DNA from: Candidatus Aminicenantes bacterium
GTDB lineage: Bacteria > Acidobacteriota > Aminicenantia > Aminicenantales > UBA4085
NCBI GenBank assembly: GCA_016931595.1
Contig: JAFGEN010000354.1
Coordinates: 1 to 50,420, forward strand
Length of the DNA stretch: 50,420 nt
Direction: 5' to 3'
The notes beneath the pieces were generated by a model. The model was not told the origin of the DNA, ran no database searches, and was given only the letters and a program-made list of their open reading frames with translations. This document shows positions 8,923 to 20,198 of the stretch, one piece after another. Each line of letters opens with the position of its first letter. Positions within the stretch are counted from its first letter, which is position 1. The translations under genes were made by a program, and so were the position numbers.

Positions 8923-9046
8923 TCCCTCATTTTCCGTCCCGCTGTCCCGGCTTTGGCGTCCGTATTCCCCTCCTACCACGCCGGTCCAAGTTTCTTTTCC
9001 CCCTCTTCTATGGTAGGATATTGCAAGAAAATAAAGGAGATATAAC

Positions 9047-9313
9047 GTGTTGACGAAAGAGAAAAAAACCAAGATCGTCACCGACCACCGGGTCCATCCC
9101 GCCGATTCGGGCTCGGTCGAAGTCCAGGTCGCCCTGCTCAGCGAACGGATCACCGCCCTGACCAAGCACATGGTCGCGTTCAAAAAAGACCACAGCTCTC
9201 ATACGGGCTTGATGAAAATCGTCAGCCAGCGGAAACGTCTGCTGATCTACCTGAAGCGGGAAGACCCCGCCCGGTACGAGAAGCTGATCCAGAAGCTCGG
9301 ACTGCGCAAGTAA
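9047..9313 (+). CDS. rpsO: 30S ribosomal protein S15
   Basis: DSGSVEVQVALLSERI...KKDHSS...RKRLLIYLK...LGLRK; GTG start with AAGGAG RBS; adjacent to pnp. Confidence 0.98.
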   Translation: MLTKEKKTKIVTDHRVHPADSGSVEVQVALLSERITALTKHMVAFKKDHSSHTGLMKIVSQRKRLLIYLKREDPARYEKLIQKLGLRK

Positions 9314-9335
9314 GCGCGACCGGTACTCAACCGAC

Positions 9336-11528
<2,193 letters not shown>

Positions 11529-11581
11529 GCGTCCGGCCGGACATCCGGCCCGCCCGAATTACGGCGGCCGGAAGGAGGATC

Positions 11582-12061
11582 ATGCGCCTGCGCGGGGGTT
11601 TTACCCTGACCGAGCTTCTGGTCACCGCCGCGATCCTGACCGTCCTGGCCGGGGTTGCCATCCCCGTCGTTAAAACGGCCGTCCAGCGGGACCGGGAGCT
11701 GGAATTGCGCCGGGCCCTCCGCCTCGTCCGCGAGGCGGTCGATTCCTTCAAGAAAATGGCCGACGAGAACCGGATCGAATACGACGAAGACACCGACGGT
11801 TATCCCCCGACCCTCGAGGTCCTGGTCGAAGGAGTCGAGCTGAAAGAGGAAGCCGAAGGCTCGGAAAAGGGCAAAGGGGAAAAGATCATCAAGTTTCTCC
11901 GCCGGATCCCCGTCGATCCCATGACCGGAACCAAGGACTGGGGCCTGCGGTCCAGCCAGGATGAGCACGACTCGATCTCCTGGGGCGGCGAGAACGTCTT
12001 CGATATCTATACCAAGAGCCGCCGGACCGCCCTCGACGGCTCGAAATATGCGGACTGGTGA
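11582..12061 (+). CDS. Type II secretion/type IV pseudopilin (GspG-like)
   Basis: Prepilin cleavage site G|FTLTE plus hydrophobic helix; FLRRIPVDPMTG...WGLRS...DGSKYADW. Confidence 0.85.
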   Translation: MRLRGGFTLTELLVTAAILTVLAGVAIPVVKTAVQRDRELELRRALRLVREAVDSFKKMADENRIEYDEDTDGYPPTLEVLVEGVELKEEAEGSEKGKGEKIIKFLRRIPVDPMTGTKDWGLRSSQDEHDSISWGGENVFDIYTKSRRTALDGSKYADW

Positions 12062-12474
12062 GGAAGGAGGAGCCCTTGGCCCGGCAACACGAGCGCGGAT
12101 ACACCCTGATCGAGATCATCATCGTTTTCACGATGATCGGCATCCTGGTCGGACTGGCTCTTCCCGAGTATAAGAATGCCGTCCGCAAGGGCAAGGAAGC
12201 CGCCCTCAAGGAAGACCTTTTCCAGTTCCGAAAGCTGATCGACCAGTATTACCAGGATAAGGGCCGCTATCCCGCAGCCCTCCAAACCCTGGTCGATGAG
12301 GGGTATCTCAGAAAAATTCCGGCCGACCCGTTCACCAACATGACCGATTGGTCCGAGGTCCGGGAGGAGCCGACGGCCGAGGAAATCGAGCCCGGGATGA
12401 TCCTCGGGATCGTCGATGTCAAATCGGCCTCCGAACTCTCGGCCCTCGACGGGACACCCTACAACACATGGTGA
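12058..12474 (+). CDS. Type II secretion/type IV pseudopilin (GspG-like)
   Basis: G|YTLIE; IDQYYQDKGRYP...YLRKIPADPFT...DGTPYNTW; 4-bp overlap with the previous gene. Confidence 0.85.
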   Translation: MRKEEPLARQHERGYTLIEIIIVFTMIGILVGLALPEYKNAVRKGKEAALKEDLFQFRKLIDQYYQDKGRYPAALQTLVDEGYLRKIPADPFTNMTDWSEVREEPTAEEIEPGMILGIVDVKSASELSALDGTPYNTW

Positions 12475-13085
12475 GACATCCGAAGCCCGGCTACACGCTC
12501 ATCGTCGTCATGGTCGGCATCGCCCTCCTTCTCGTCGGTATGACCATCGCCATGCCCGTCCTTTCGACCCAGGCCCAGAGGGAAAAAGAAGCCGAACTCC
12601 TCTTCCGCGGCGGACAGTACGTCGAGGCCGTCCGGTTGTTCCTTCGGAACAATCCCGGCAATTTCCCCGATTCGATCGATGACCTTGTCAAAAAACGCTA
12701 TCTGCGGAAGGCCTTCCCCGACCCCATGACCAAGGACGGGAAATGGAACCTCATCCTGTTGGCCAACCAACCCGGCGGCCCGGCCGCGCCTCGGAGGAAG
12801 CCGCCCACCGGGCGGAGTGGAGCGGGTTCGGCCCGAAGGGAAGCGCCGGGCCCGGGCGCGCGGGCAGGGCAGTCGATGTCCGTCCAGCGGGTCATGATCG
12901 TTCCCGCGGACGCTCTCGATTCCGTGGCCGGCCCGAGGATCATCGGCGTTGTATCCGCCTCGGAGAAACAATCGTTCCTGGTCTATGACGACAACGAGAC
13001 CTACGACTCCTGGCTCTTCTATTACGGCCGGACCAAGGGAGCCAAGCCGGAAATCATCCGGTTTGGGGAGGATCGAAAAAAATGA
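12468..13085 (+). CDS. Minor pseudopilin-like protein lacking Glu5 (GspK-like)
   Basis: Start at ATG 12468 (or GTG 12471); G|YTLIVVM with no Glu at +5; REKEAELLFRG...YLRKAFPDPMT. Confidence 0.75.
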   Translation: MVRHPKPGYTLIVVMVGIALLLVGMTIAMPVLSTQAQREKEAELLFRGGQYVEAVRLFLRNNPGNFPDSIDDLVKKRYLRKAFPDPMTKDGKWNLILLANQPGGPAAPRRKPPTGRSGAGSARREAPGPGARAGQSMSVQRVMIVPADALDSVAGPRIIGVVSASEKQSFLVYDDNETYDSWLFYYGRTKGAKPEIIRFGEDRKK

Positions 13086-14212
13086 GCGGCCGGGACGTCC
13101 TCATCGTCGCCGGTGAAAAATCCGGGGAAAACTACGGCGCGGCCGTCGTCCGGGAGTTCCACCGCCTTCAGCCCGAAACGGCCTTCTTCGGCGTCGGCGG
13201 AACCAACATGTCCGCCGCCGGGGTGGAGATTCTTGTTCCGATGGAGGATCTGGCGGTGATGGGACTGGCCGAAGTGGTCAGGGAGATCCCCAGGATCAAA
13301 CGAATCCTGAACCGGCTGGCCGAGGAAGCCCAAAACCGCCGGCCGGCCGCGGCCGTTCTGATCGACTCCCCCGATTTCAACCTTCGCCTGGCCAGGCTGT
13401 TGAAGCCGCTTGGAATACCGGTCCTTTATTACATCAGCCCGACGGTTTGGGCTTGGAGAAAAGGCCGCCTGGACACGATCCGGGATGTCGTCAGGAAAAT
13501 GCTCCTCATCTTCCCCTTTGAACAAGTCCTCTATGCCGAAGCGGGGATTCCCCATGCTTATGTCGGTCATCCTCTCCTCGAGCGTCTCCGCGTCCAGAAA
13601 TTGCGGGAGGAGTTTTTTCAGGAAAACGGGTTGGATCCGGACCGGCCTTTGATCACCCTGCTGCCCGGGAGCCGGAAAGGCGAGATCCAGCGGCACATCG
13701 GCCCGCTTCGCGACGCGGCCGACCGACTGCGGGCGGAACGAGGGGCGCAATTCGTCCTGATCGAAGCCGAAGACCTCGACCGCCGGTTCGTGCCCGACCT
13801 CCTCGGCGAGGCCGCCGGCCACATCCGCCGGCTTCGGACCGACGCCTACGAGGCCATGGCCGCAAGCGACTTGGTGCTGTCGGCCTGCGGCACGGCGAAT
13901 CTCGAATCGGCCCTCCTGGGGACTCCGTTGGTCGCCTTTTACCGAATCTCTCCCCTGACCTATGCCCTCGGACGGCCGTTTGTCCGGATCCGGAATTACA
14001 GCATTGTCAACATCCTGGCCGGGAAGAAGCTCATCGCCGAGCTGATCCAAAAAGACTTCACCGCGGCCAACCTGGTCCGGGAAGCGGAACGGATCCTGGA
14101 CGATGAGAACGTCCGGGCGGAAATGAAACTGTATTTCACCGCGATCCGGCAAACCCTGGGCGACGAGCGGGCCTCGGAGAACGTCGCCCGCGAGCTGGCC
14201 GCCTTATTGTGA
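13082..14212 (+). CDS. lpxB: Lipid-A-disaccharide synthase
   Basis: VAGEKSG, IDSPDFN, YYISPTVWAWR, IFPFE, YVGHPL, LLPGSRKGE, GTANLE. Confidence 0.97.
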   Translation: MSGRDVLIVAGEKSGENYGAAVVREFHRLQPETAFFGVGGTNMSAAGVEILVPMEDLAVMGLAEVVREIPRIKRILNRLAEEAQNRRPAAAVLIDSPDFNLRLARLLKPLGIPVLYYISPTVWAWRKGRLDTIRDVVRKMLLIFPFEQVLYAEAGIPHAYVGHPLLERLRVQKLREEFFQENGLDPDRPLITLLPGSRKGEIQRHIGPLRDAADRLRAERGAQFVLIEAEDLDRRFVPDLLGEAAGHIRRLRTDAYEAMAASDLVLSACGTANLESALLGTPLVAFYRISPLTYALGRPFVRIRNYSIVNILAGKKLIAELIQKDFTAANLVREAERILDDENVRAEMKLYFTAIRQTLGDERASENVARELAALL

Positions 14213-15118
14213 ACCGGGCCGCGATGAGGCGGCCGCAAGAGCCTTTACCCGACTGTCCACCGCCGTCTGCATCAGGAACAGGGCGGCCATCGCCCCGTTC
14301 AAGACGACGATCATCGCCCAGAAATACAGGTCGAGCCGACGGGCGAACAAGGCGGCGATCAGCAGGACCGCCTGAGTTGAAGACCCGAGGAACGTCCAGA
14401 GCCGCATCGGCAGGCGGTTGATCCGCATGAAGAGGCCGGCGTCGACCGATCCGAGGGCCATCGGATCCCGGCTGATTTTCATCTGGAAGGCCGTGTATCC
14501 GAGATAAAGGCGGATGAATCCGCGCCGGAATTTTTGTCCGCCCCGGCGCTTGAGCTGGACATATTCCCGCCGGAACGCATTCCGGTCATCGACCTGGGCG
14601 GACCTGGCCCCGTGGATGTAGGCCAGGTAGCGGTTCCGGTAATAATCGAAGACGACCGAATGGATGATGTTGCTGGCCGCCGCGGCCAGGACGATCAACC
14701 AGCCCCGGAGCGGGTCCGGGCCGGCGCTCATGAAGCCGAAGCCCAGGCCCAGGTAGACCGAAATGCCCACGAAGTAGTCGATCGACCCGTCGATCACCCG
14801 GCCCATGTGCGTCCCGTTTTTCTTCAGCCTGGCCAGCTGACCATCGGCGCAGTCGACGACGACGGACAGGAAGAGCAGGACGGCTCCCGCCGCGGCCGAG
14901 CCCCAGCCACGTGTGGCGAGGAGAAATCCGCCCGAGATCCCCAGAATCATCGAGAAAATGGAAAGGTGGTTGGGGGTGAAGCTGGTCCGGAAGATCGCCT
15001 TGACCAGGAGAAAGGCCAGCGGGCGGAAGACGAACAGGTCGGCCCATTCTTCGACATCCGGACGTTTGAGGGACCGGAAATACTCCAGGTAATAGTCGCG
15101 GGGCAGGGCCATCGTCAT
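14204..15118 (-). CDS. CDP-alcohol phosphotransferase family membrane protein
   Basis: TPNHLS and the signature DCADGQLAR...G-RVIDGSID (DxxDGxxAR...GxxxDxxxD); multiple TM helices; 4-bp overlap with the upstream fusion gene. Confidence 0.9.
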   Translation of the reverse strand: MTMALPRDYYLEYFRSLKRPDVEEWADLFVFRPLAFLLVKAIFRTSFTPNHLSIFSMILGISGGFLLATRGWGSAAAGAVLLFLSVVVDCADGQLARLKKNGTHMGRVIDGSIDYFVGISVYLGLGFGFMSAGPDPLRGWLIVLAAAASNIIHSVVFDYYRNRYLAYIHGARSAQVDDRNAFRREYVQLKRRGGQKFRRGFIRLYLGYTAFQMKISRDPMALGSVDAGLFMRINRLPMRLWTFLGSSTQAVLLIAALFARRLDLYFWAMIVVLNGAMAALFLMQTAVDSRVKALAAASSRPGSQ

Positions 15119-16932
15119 GCGCGGATCAGCGCCCGGAGGGCGGCCAGCAGTTGATCATCGTCGGCCTGGTCGCGGACCGTCAGCCGGACGAAGGGCCGGC
15201 CGCTAAAGCCGAGCTTGCCCGAAGCGTCCTTGATCAGGATGTCGAACTCGTTGAGCAGGATTTCTGACAATCCGGCCGGGGTCCAGGGTGGAAGTATTTC
15301 GCAGAGAACGTAATTGGCGTGAGACGGCAGGGCGCGGAGATACGGGATGTCCCGGAGTCCCAGGATGAACCGTTCCCGCTCGAGGACGATCTGGCGGCAG
15401 GCCGAACGGAAATCATTCCGGTGCTTGTCGATGACTTGGAGGAAATGCTCGGCGGGCGAGTTGATGTTCCAGATCGAGACTTCATTCCTGATGCGCCGGA
15501 GAAGGTCCAAGTCGGAAGAGGCGATGATTCCCAGGCGAAGTCCCGGCACGCCGTAGGATTTGCTGATGCTCTTGACCGCCGTGAGATTGGGCAGGCGGTT
15601 GAGCAGGTCGGGCTCGATCAGGGAATGGTCGTCCGAGCCGTCTGCGAAATCCAGGAACGATTCATCATAGATCAGCCGGATCTTCTTCTCGGCCAGGCCT
15701 TCGGCCAAGCGGACGGCATCCTGCCGGGGAATGAAGTTACCCGATGGATTGTCGGGATTGATGAGGATGAGGGAGGAGACCTGTTCCCTGGAACAAAAAT
15801 CCAGAAGATCGTCGGCGGTATAGCGGAAGTCGGGACGGGAAGGCGCAAACGGCTTGATGTTCTCCGGTCCGGCGCAGGCCCGGTATTCGTCGAACGTCGG
15901 GACCGGGATCCCGACCGGACCCTCGTCCCCCCGGAAGAGCGCCTTGATCAGCTCGCTGGCGCCGTTTCCGACCAGGATATGCTCGGGAGAGATCTCGAAC
16001 ATCTTGGCCGCCAGAAGATTCTGCACGTTCTGGCCCGAGGGATAATTGGCCACCAGCGTCGGAAAGCTCCGGGCCATCTCGGCGAACATCGCCGGCGTCG
16101 GGAAATAGGGATTGACGAGATAGCAGTAGTCCTTGAGCTTCGGGAACCGCCAGTACCCTCCGTAGCGGGCATGGAGGGCCTTGACCTTGGGTTCCCCCTT
16201 GGCGAAGAGGGCATGGGCGATATCCAGGTCCTGGAGATCGTCGATCTCGTACCAGAGGCGGCCGCTGACGTCCAGGGCCTTGAGCGCCCCGCGGTCGATG
16301 AAGGTCAACAGCTTGAAGACTTCCTCGTAATATTCGTTCAAGCCCTTGGCCTTGATGTAGACATCCAGGAAGGGGAAAAACTTGTCCCGGCAGAAGGCCC
16401 GGGAGAGCTTGTAGATGTTGACCGTCTTGTAATATTGGGCCAGTTCGGACTCGACCATCTCCTTCTTCCCAAGGAAGCAGGTGATGTCGTGGTCCTCCCC
16501 CAACCGGGTCACCGTCCCGTCCATCCAGGACTCGAACCGGGCGACGACGGCCACGTTCGGAGAGGGGTGGAGGACGGAGTCCCGGATGATGGCCGGCTCG
16601 AAGATCAGGTCGCTTTCCAGAAGGATCGAGTCATCCTCCTCCATGGCTTCGCGGGCCAGGAACAGCGAATAGATATTGTTCGTCCGGGCGTAATCGGGGT
16701 TGTGGACGTAGGAAACGGAAATCCCGGAGTAGGACGGACCCAGAACCTCCTGGAATTCGTCCGCCCCGTGGCCGGTGACAATCACGGCTTTCCGGATACC
16801 CTGGGCTGCCAGCGCATCCAGGGCGTATTCGATCAGACGTTTCCCGTCGATTTTCACCATGCACTTGGTCGAGTTTCGGGTCAATTCGCCCAGCCGCTTG
16901 CCCATACCGGCGGCCAGAATAATGGCTTGCAT
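15115..16932 (-). CDS. Fusion of a LicC-like NTP (cytidylyl)transferase and a PLP-dependent class I/II (HisC/CobD-like) enzyme
   Basis: N-terminal ILAAGMGKRL...TKCM...TNNIYSL...ESDLIF...WYEIDD; C-terminal GNGASELI, NPDNPSG, DESF, KSISKSYGVPGLRLG (PLP lysine). Confidence 0.88.
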   Translation of the reverse strand: MQAIILAAGMGKRLGELTRNSTKCMVKIDGKRLIEYALDALAAQGIRKAVIVTGHGADEFQEVLGPSYSGISVSYVHNPDYARTNNIYSLFLAREAMEEDDSILLESDLIFEPAIIRDSVLHPSPNVAVVARFESWMDGTVTRLGEDHDITCFLGKKEMVESELAQYYKTVNIYKLSRAFCRDKFFPFLDVYIKAKGLNEYYEEVFKLLTFIDRGALKALDVSGRLWYEIDDLQDLDIAHALFAKGEPKVKALHARYGGYWRFPKLKDYCYLVNPYFPTPAMFAEMARSFPTLVANYPSGQNVQNLLAAKMFEISPEHILVGNGASELIKALFRGDEGPVGIPVPTFDEYRACAGPENIKPFAPSRPDFRYTADDLLDFCSREQVSSLILINPDNPSGNFIPRQDAVRLAEGLAEKKIRLIYDESFLDFADGSDDHSLIEPDLLNRLPNLTAVKSISKSYGVPGLRLGIIASSDLDLLRRIRNEVSIWNINSPAEHFLQVIDKHRNDFRSACRQIVLERERFILGLRDIPYLRALPSHANYVLCEILPPWTPAGLSEILLNEFDILIKDASGKLGFSGRPFVRLTVRDQADDDQLLAALRALIRA

Positions 16933-17016
16933 CAGATGTACCTCGTCGTATTATGCGGGCGTATTATCTTAGCGAAACCGTCCTATAAAAGCAAAGGGAT
17001 TCGACCCCTCTCTGCT

Positions 17017-18468
17017 TCAATATGCCCGTGCGAAATGGGCCGCGGCCACGGCCGGCTTTCCGCAACAGAGGCAGGGGCCATCCTGGGGGGAGTCGTCTCC
17101 CGGCAGGATGACCCGGATGGTGGCCATCGTCTCGGTCTTGATTTTGTCCTCGCATTCCGCCCCGCCGCACCAGGGACTGACGACGAATCCACGCGACGAT
17201 TCCAGAACCGACTTGAACTCATCGTACGCTTGGACCCGCCGGGTGTTGGCCGTAAGGAAGGTCCCGGCCTGGTCAAAAAGGACCGCCTGGATCTCATCCA
17301 GAAGGGCGGGAACCCGGACGGCCAAATCCGCCAGGGGGACGGCCTGCTTGGTCTTCAAATCCCGGCGGACGCAAACGGCCTGGCCGTTTTTCACGTCGCG
17401 GGGACCGATCTCGATCCGCAGAGGGATGCCGCGCATCTCATATTCTGAGAATTTCCAGCCGGGGGTGGCTTCCTCCCGGGCATCAAGCTGAACCCGGACC
17501 CCGGCCTTCCTCAAGGACTCGGCCGCGGCCTGGGCCGCCGGTAGGACCGTCGTCTTCCAGTCTCCGAACGGGATCGGGATGATGACAACCTGGACCGGGG
17601 CGATCCGCGGCGGGAACCGGAGCCCGGAATCGTCGCCGTGGACCATGATCAAGGCCCCGATCGTCCGGGTGGTCATTCCCCAGGACGTCTGCCAGACGTA
17701 CTGGAGGGTCTGGCTCTGATCCTCGAACTTGATGTCGAACGCCCTTGAGAAGTGCTGGCCGAGGTTGTGGGACGTCCCCATCTGGAGGGCCTTGCCGTCG
17801 GACATGAGCGCCTCGATGGCATAGGTCATCTGGGCTCCGGCGAACTTTTCCCGCGGCGTCTTGTGCCCGGCCAGCACCGGGATGGCCAGCTCCGTTTCGC
17901 AGAACTCCTTGTACATCGTCAGGATGGATAGGGTTTCCACCTCGGCTTCTTCGGCCGTGGCGTGGCAGGTGTGACCTTCCTGCCAGAGGAATTCCGTCGT
18001 CCTGAGGAAGGGCCGGGTGACCTTTTCCCATCGGACGATGTTGGCCCACTGGTTGATCAGGACGGGCAGGTCCCGCCAAGATTTGATCCATTTCGAATAC
18101 ATCGGCCCGATGACGGCTTCCGAGGTCGGACGGACGGCCAGCCGCTCCTCGAGCTCTTCCTTCCCTCCGACCGTGACCCAGGCGACCTCGGGGGCGAATC
18201 CCTCGACGTGTTCGGCTTCCTTCTTGAGGAAGCTCTCCGGAATGAATAGGGGGAAATAAGCGTTGACGTGGCCCAGGGCCTTGATCCGCCGGTCCAGCCT
18301 TTGCTGGATATTCTCCCAGACGGCATAGCCATACGGACGAATGACCATCATCCCCTTCATCGGGGTGTAGTCGGCCAGCTCGGCCTTTTGAACGATTTCC
18401 CCGTACCATCGGGAAAAATCTTCGGTTTTCGGAGTGATCTGCTTCACAAGGCGTTCGTTCGCGCTCAC
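17017..18468 (-). CDS. proS: Proline--tRNA ligase, archaeal/eukaryote-type (no INS domain)
   Basis: YFPLFIP, EAEHVEGFAPE, RPTSE, QWANIVRWE, FLRTTEFLWQEGHT, GTSHNLGQHF, C-terminal Cys cluster and ARAY end; GTG start. Confidence 0.98.
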   Translation of the reverse strand: MSANERLVKQITPKTEDFSRWYGEIVQKAELADYTPMKGMMVIRPYGYAVWENIQQRLDRRIKALGHVNAYFPLFIPESFLKKEAEHVEGFAPEVAWVTVGGKEELEERLAVRPTSEAVIGPMYSKWIKSWRDLPVLINQWANIVRWEKVTRPFLRTTEFLWQEGHTCHATAEEAEVETLSILTMYKEFCETELAIPVLAGHKTPREKFAGAQMTYAIEALMSDGKALQMGTSHNLGQHFSRAFDIKFEDQSQTLQYVWQTSWGMTTRTIGALIMVHGDDSGLRFPPRIAPVQVVIIPIPFGDWKTTVLPAAQAAAESLRKAGVRVQLDAREEATPGWKFSEYEMRGIPLRIEIGPRDVKNGQAVCVRRDLKTKQAVPLADLAVRVPALLDEIQAVLFDQAGTFLTANTRRVQAYDEFKSVLESSRGFVVSPWCGGAECEDKIKTETMATIRVILPGDDSPQDGPCLCCGKPAVAAAHFARAY

Positions 18469-18582
18469 GTTCGTCTCCCGGGGAAAAATGCTGGTTCATT
18501 CTAGCTTCGGTCCGGCGTCCTGTCAAATGGCAATCAAAAGGGAAAAGAGACGACGGCGGAAGGTGAGCGCCCGGACGGAGGA

Positions 18583-18641
18583 TATCACCCTTTTTATCAC
18601 CCTCAGGGGTGATTGACCCCCTTGACGCTTCCCGCGAAAAT
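18583..18641 (+). promoter_or_regulatory. Putative regulator-binding site and promoter upstream of the PilZ/LuxR cluster
   Basis: TATCACCCT direct repeat (18583, 18595); palindrome ATCACCC-TCAG-GGGTGAT (18596-18613) abutting TTGACC (18613-18618); possible weak -10 GAAAAT 17 bp downstream. Confidence 0.5.
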
Positions 18642-18676
18642 AGCCACGTCGATAGAAACCATAAGGAAGCGATGAC

Positions 18677-19039
18677 ATGGTGACAAAGATTCCGGCGGAC
18701 AACATGGACCTTCTGGGGCCGAAGAAGCAGGGCTTCACCTTCCCCCTGCCCACCCAGGTCGAAGGGCTGAACGCCAAGGGCCGGGACTTCTCCGAGGAAA
18801 CCGTCCTGACCTTCATCAGCCACGAGGGTTCCTCGTTCTGCCTGAAAAATCCAATCCAGGTCGGTTCCCGATTGAAAATGATCGTCGACCTCCCGGAACG
18901 GCTCGCCGACAATGTCCCCCTTAAGCTCGTCATCCGCGGCCGGGTGGCCAAAATCGAGGCCGTCTCGGGCGGCAACAGCGCCCAGCGGGTGACGCTCAAA
19001 TTCGACAGCAAATACATCATCAAGCCCGAGGACGCCTAA
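18677..19039 (+). CDS. PilZ-fold protein lacking the RxxxR motif
   Basis: Aligns by eye with 20199-20591 (LP-x-V-x-G...G..F.E.T...IS..G..F.L...G..L...LP...I.G.V); the RxxxR position reads KKQGF. Confidence 0.7.
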   Translation: MVTKIPADNMDLLGPKKQGFTFPLPTQVEGLNAKGRDFSEETVLTFISHEGSSFCLKNPIQVGSRLKMIVDLPERLADNVPLKLVIRGRVAKIEAVSGGNSAQRVTLKFDSKYIIKPEDA

Positions 19040-19040
19040 G

Positions 19041-19385
19041 ATGCCTGAAGACGGAGAAAAACCCGGCTCCCGGACATTCGAGATCGCCCTGCCCGCCCTG
19101 ATCCAAGGTTTAGATAAGGGCGAGCGCGAATTCGCCGAACAGACCGTGGTGTCAACCATCAACGCGGAGGAAGCCGTCGTCCTCCTTCGGTCGAAAGTCA
19201 AGCCGGGAGCCAAGATCCGCCTCTCGCTCCACATCCCCCGGACGTTCTTCCTGGAAAAGCCCCTGGACCTCAATCTGACCGGGACGATTTCGGAGATCCC
19301 CGCGCCGGAGAAGGGAGTCCGGGCGAAAGCGGCGGTCCGCGTCCGCCTGGACGATCGGTTCAGCATTCTCCCCGCCTCAGTATAA
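19041..19385 (+). CDS. PilZ-fold protein, degenerate in both c-di-GMP motifs
   Basis: Paralog of the neighbours (LPALIQGLD...EFAEQTVVSTINAEEA...PGAKIRLSLHIP); both RxxxR and [DN]xSxxG are lost. Confidence 0.65.
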   Translation: MPEDGEKPGSRTFEIALPALIQGLDKGEREFAEQTVVSTINAEEAVVLLRSKVKPGAKIRLSLHIPRTFFLEKPLDLNLTGTISEIPAPEKGVRAKAAVRVRLDDRFSILPASV

Positions 19386-19414
19386 GGAATCTCCGCGGCC
19401 GGTCCCCCTCTTTC

Positions 19415-19443
19415 TTGACTTCCTCATCTTCGTCGGATAGGAT
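19415..19443 (+). promoter_or_regulatory. Sigma70-type promoter for the LuxR regulator
   Basis: TTGACT (19415-19420), 17 bp spacer, TAGGAT (19438-19443). Confidence 0.6.
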
Positions 19444-19491
19444 TACCTCGAAATCGATGAACCCTCATTCTACGATTCAGGGGTCAACCCT

Positions 19492-20181
19492 ATGACAAAA
19501 AAAACCGCTCCGGCCCAAGCCGCCAAGAAGACCTCCGTTCTCCTGTATTGCCCCTCGGACCTGATCCTCGCCGGGATCCTGAAGTCCCTGGAAACCGACG
19601 AGCAGATCGAGGTTGTGGCGGTCGAGAAGGGAACCATCGATTCCTTCATGGGGGCCATCCGCCGCCTTCGTCCCCAGGTCATCCTGTTCACCAGCGCCGA
19701 AGCGATGCCCAACATGCGGGAGATCTGCAAGGCCATCCGGGACATCTCCCGGGACCAGATCAAGACGCAAATGCTGCTGCTGGGCAACATCCCCTCCCAT
19801 GAGGAAATCGTCAGCCTGATCAATGTCGGGGCCCGCGGTTATTTCGACCTGAACGACCCGTCCGGCCAACTGCCCGAGGCGGTCCGGGTTCTGGCCAAGG
19901 GCGAGATCTGGCTGCCCAGGGACAAGATGTCCAGCATCATGGATCGGATCATTTCCGTCGTCGGCCGGGAGATCAAGGAAAAGACGCTGGACCAGCTGAC
20001 GCCGACCGAGTTCCAGGTCCTCAAGCTCATCGGCCAGGGCAAGTCCAACGACGAGATCGCCACGACCCTGTTCATCAGCAAGAATACCGTCCGCTCCCAC
20101 ATTAAAAGCATCTACGCCAAACTCGACACCCACAGCCGTCTTCAGCTCGCTCTTTACGCGATCAATTCGGCTCTCTTCTGA
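19492..20181 (+). CDS. LuxR/NarL-family regulator with an atypical receiver (CsgD/VpsT-like)
   Basis: C-terminal LTPTEFQVLKLIGQGKSNDEIATTLFISKNTVRSHIKSIYAKL HTH; receiver lacks the acidic pocket (LLYCP), the phospho-Asp (VILFT) and the Lys (GYFDL); GEIWLPR motif. Confidence 0.9.
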   Translation: MTKKTAPAQAAKKTSVLLYCPSDLILAGILKSLETDEQIEVVAVEKGTIDSFMGAIRRLRPQVILFTSAEAMPNMREICKAIRDISRDQIKTQMLLLGNIPSHEEIVSLINVGARGYFDLNDPSGQLPEAVRVLAKGEIWLPRDKMSSIMDRIISVVGREIKEKTLDQLTPTEFQVLKLIGQGKSNDEIATTLFISKNTVRSHIKSIYAKLDTHSRLQLALYAINSALF

Positions 20182-20198
20182 TCACGAGGGAAAGGATC

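Noticed and set aside
15319-17448. 709-aa plus-strand ORF, and similar long antisense ORFs at 2985-4685, 23860-25809, 42714-43967 and 47356-48732
   Set aside because: They overlap well-supported genes on the opposite strand and are expected from stop-codon scarcity at high GC.
19477-19486. TCAGGGGTCA upstream of the LuxR gene, resembling the ATCACCCCTGA motif
   Set aside because: AGGGG lies 8 nt before the ATG and is explained as the Shine-Dalgarno sequence; not counted as a third site.
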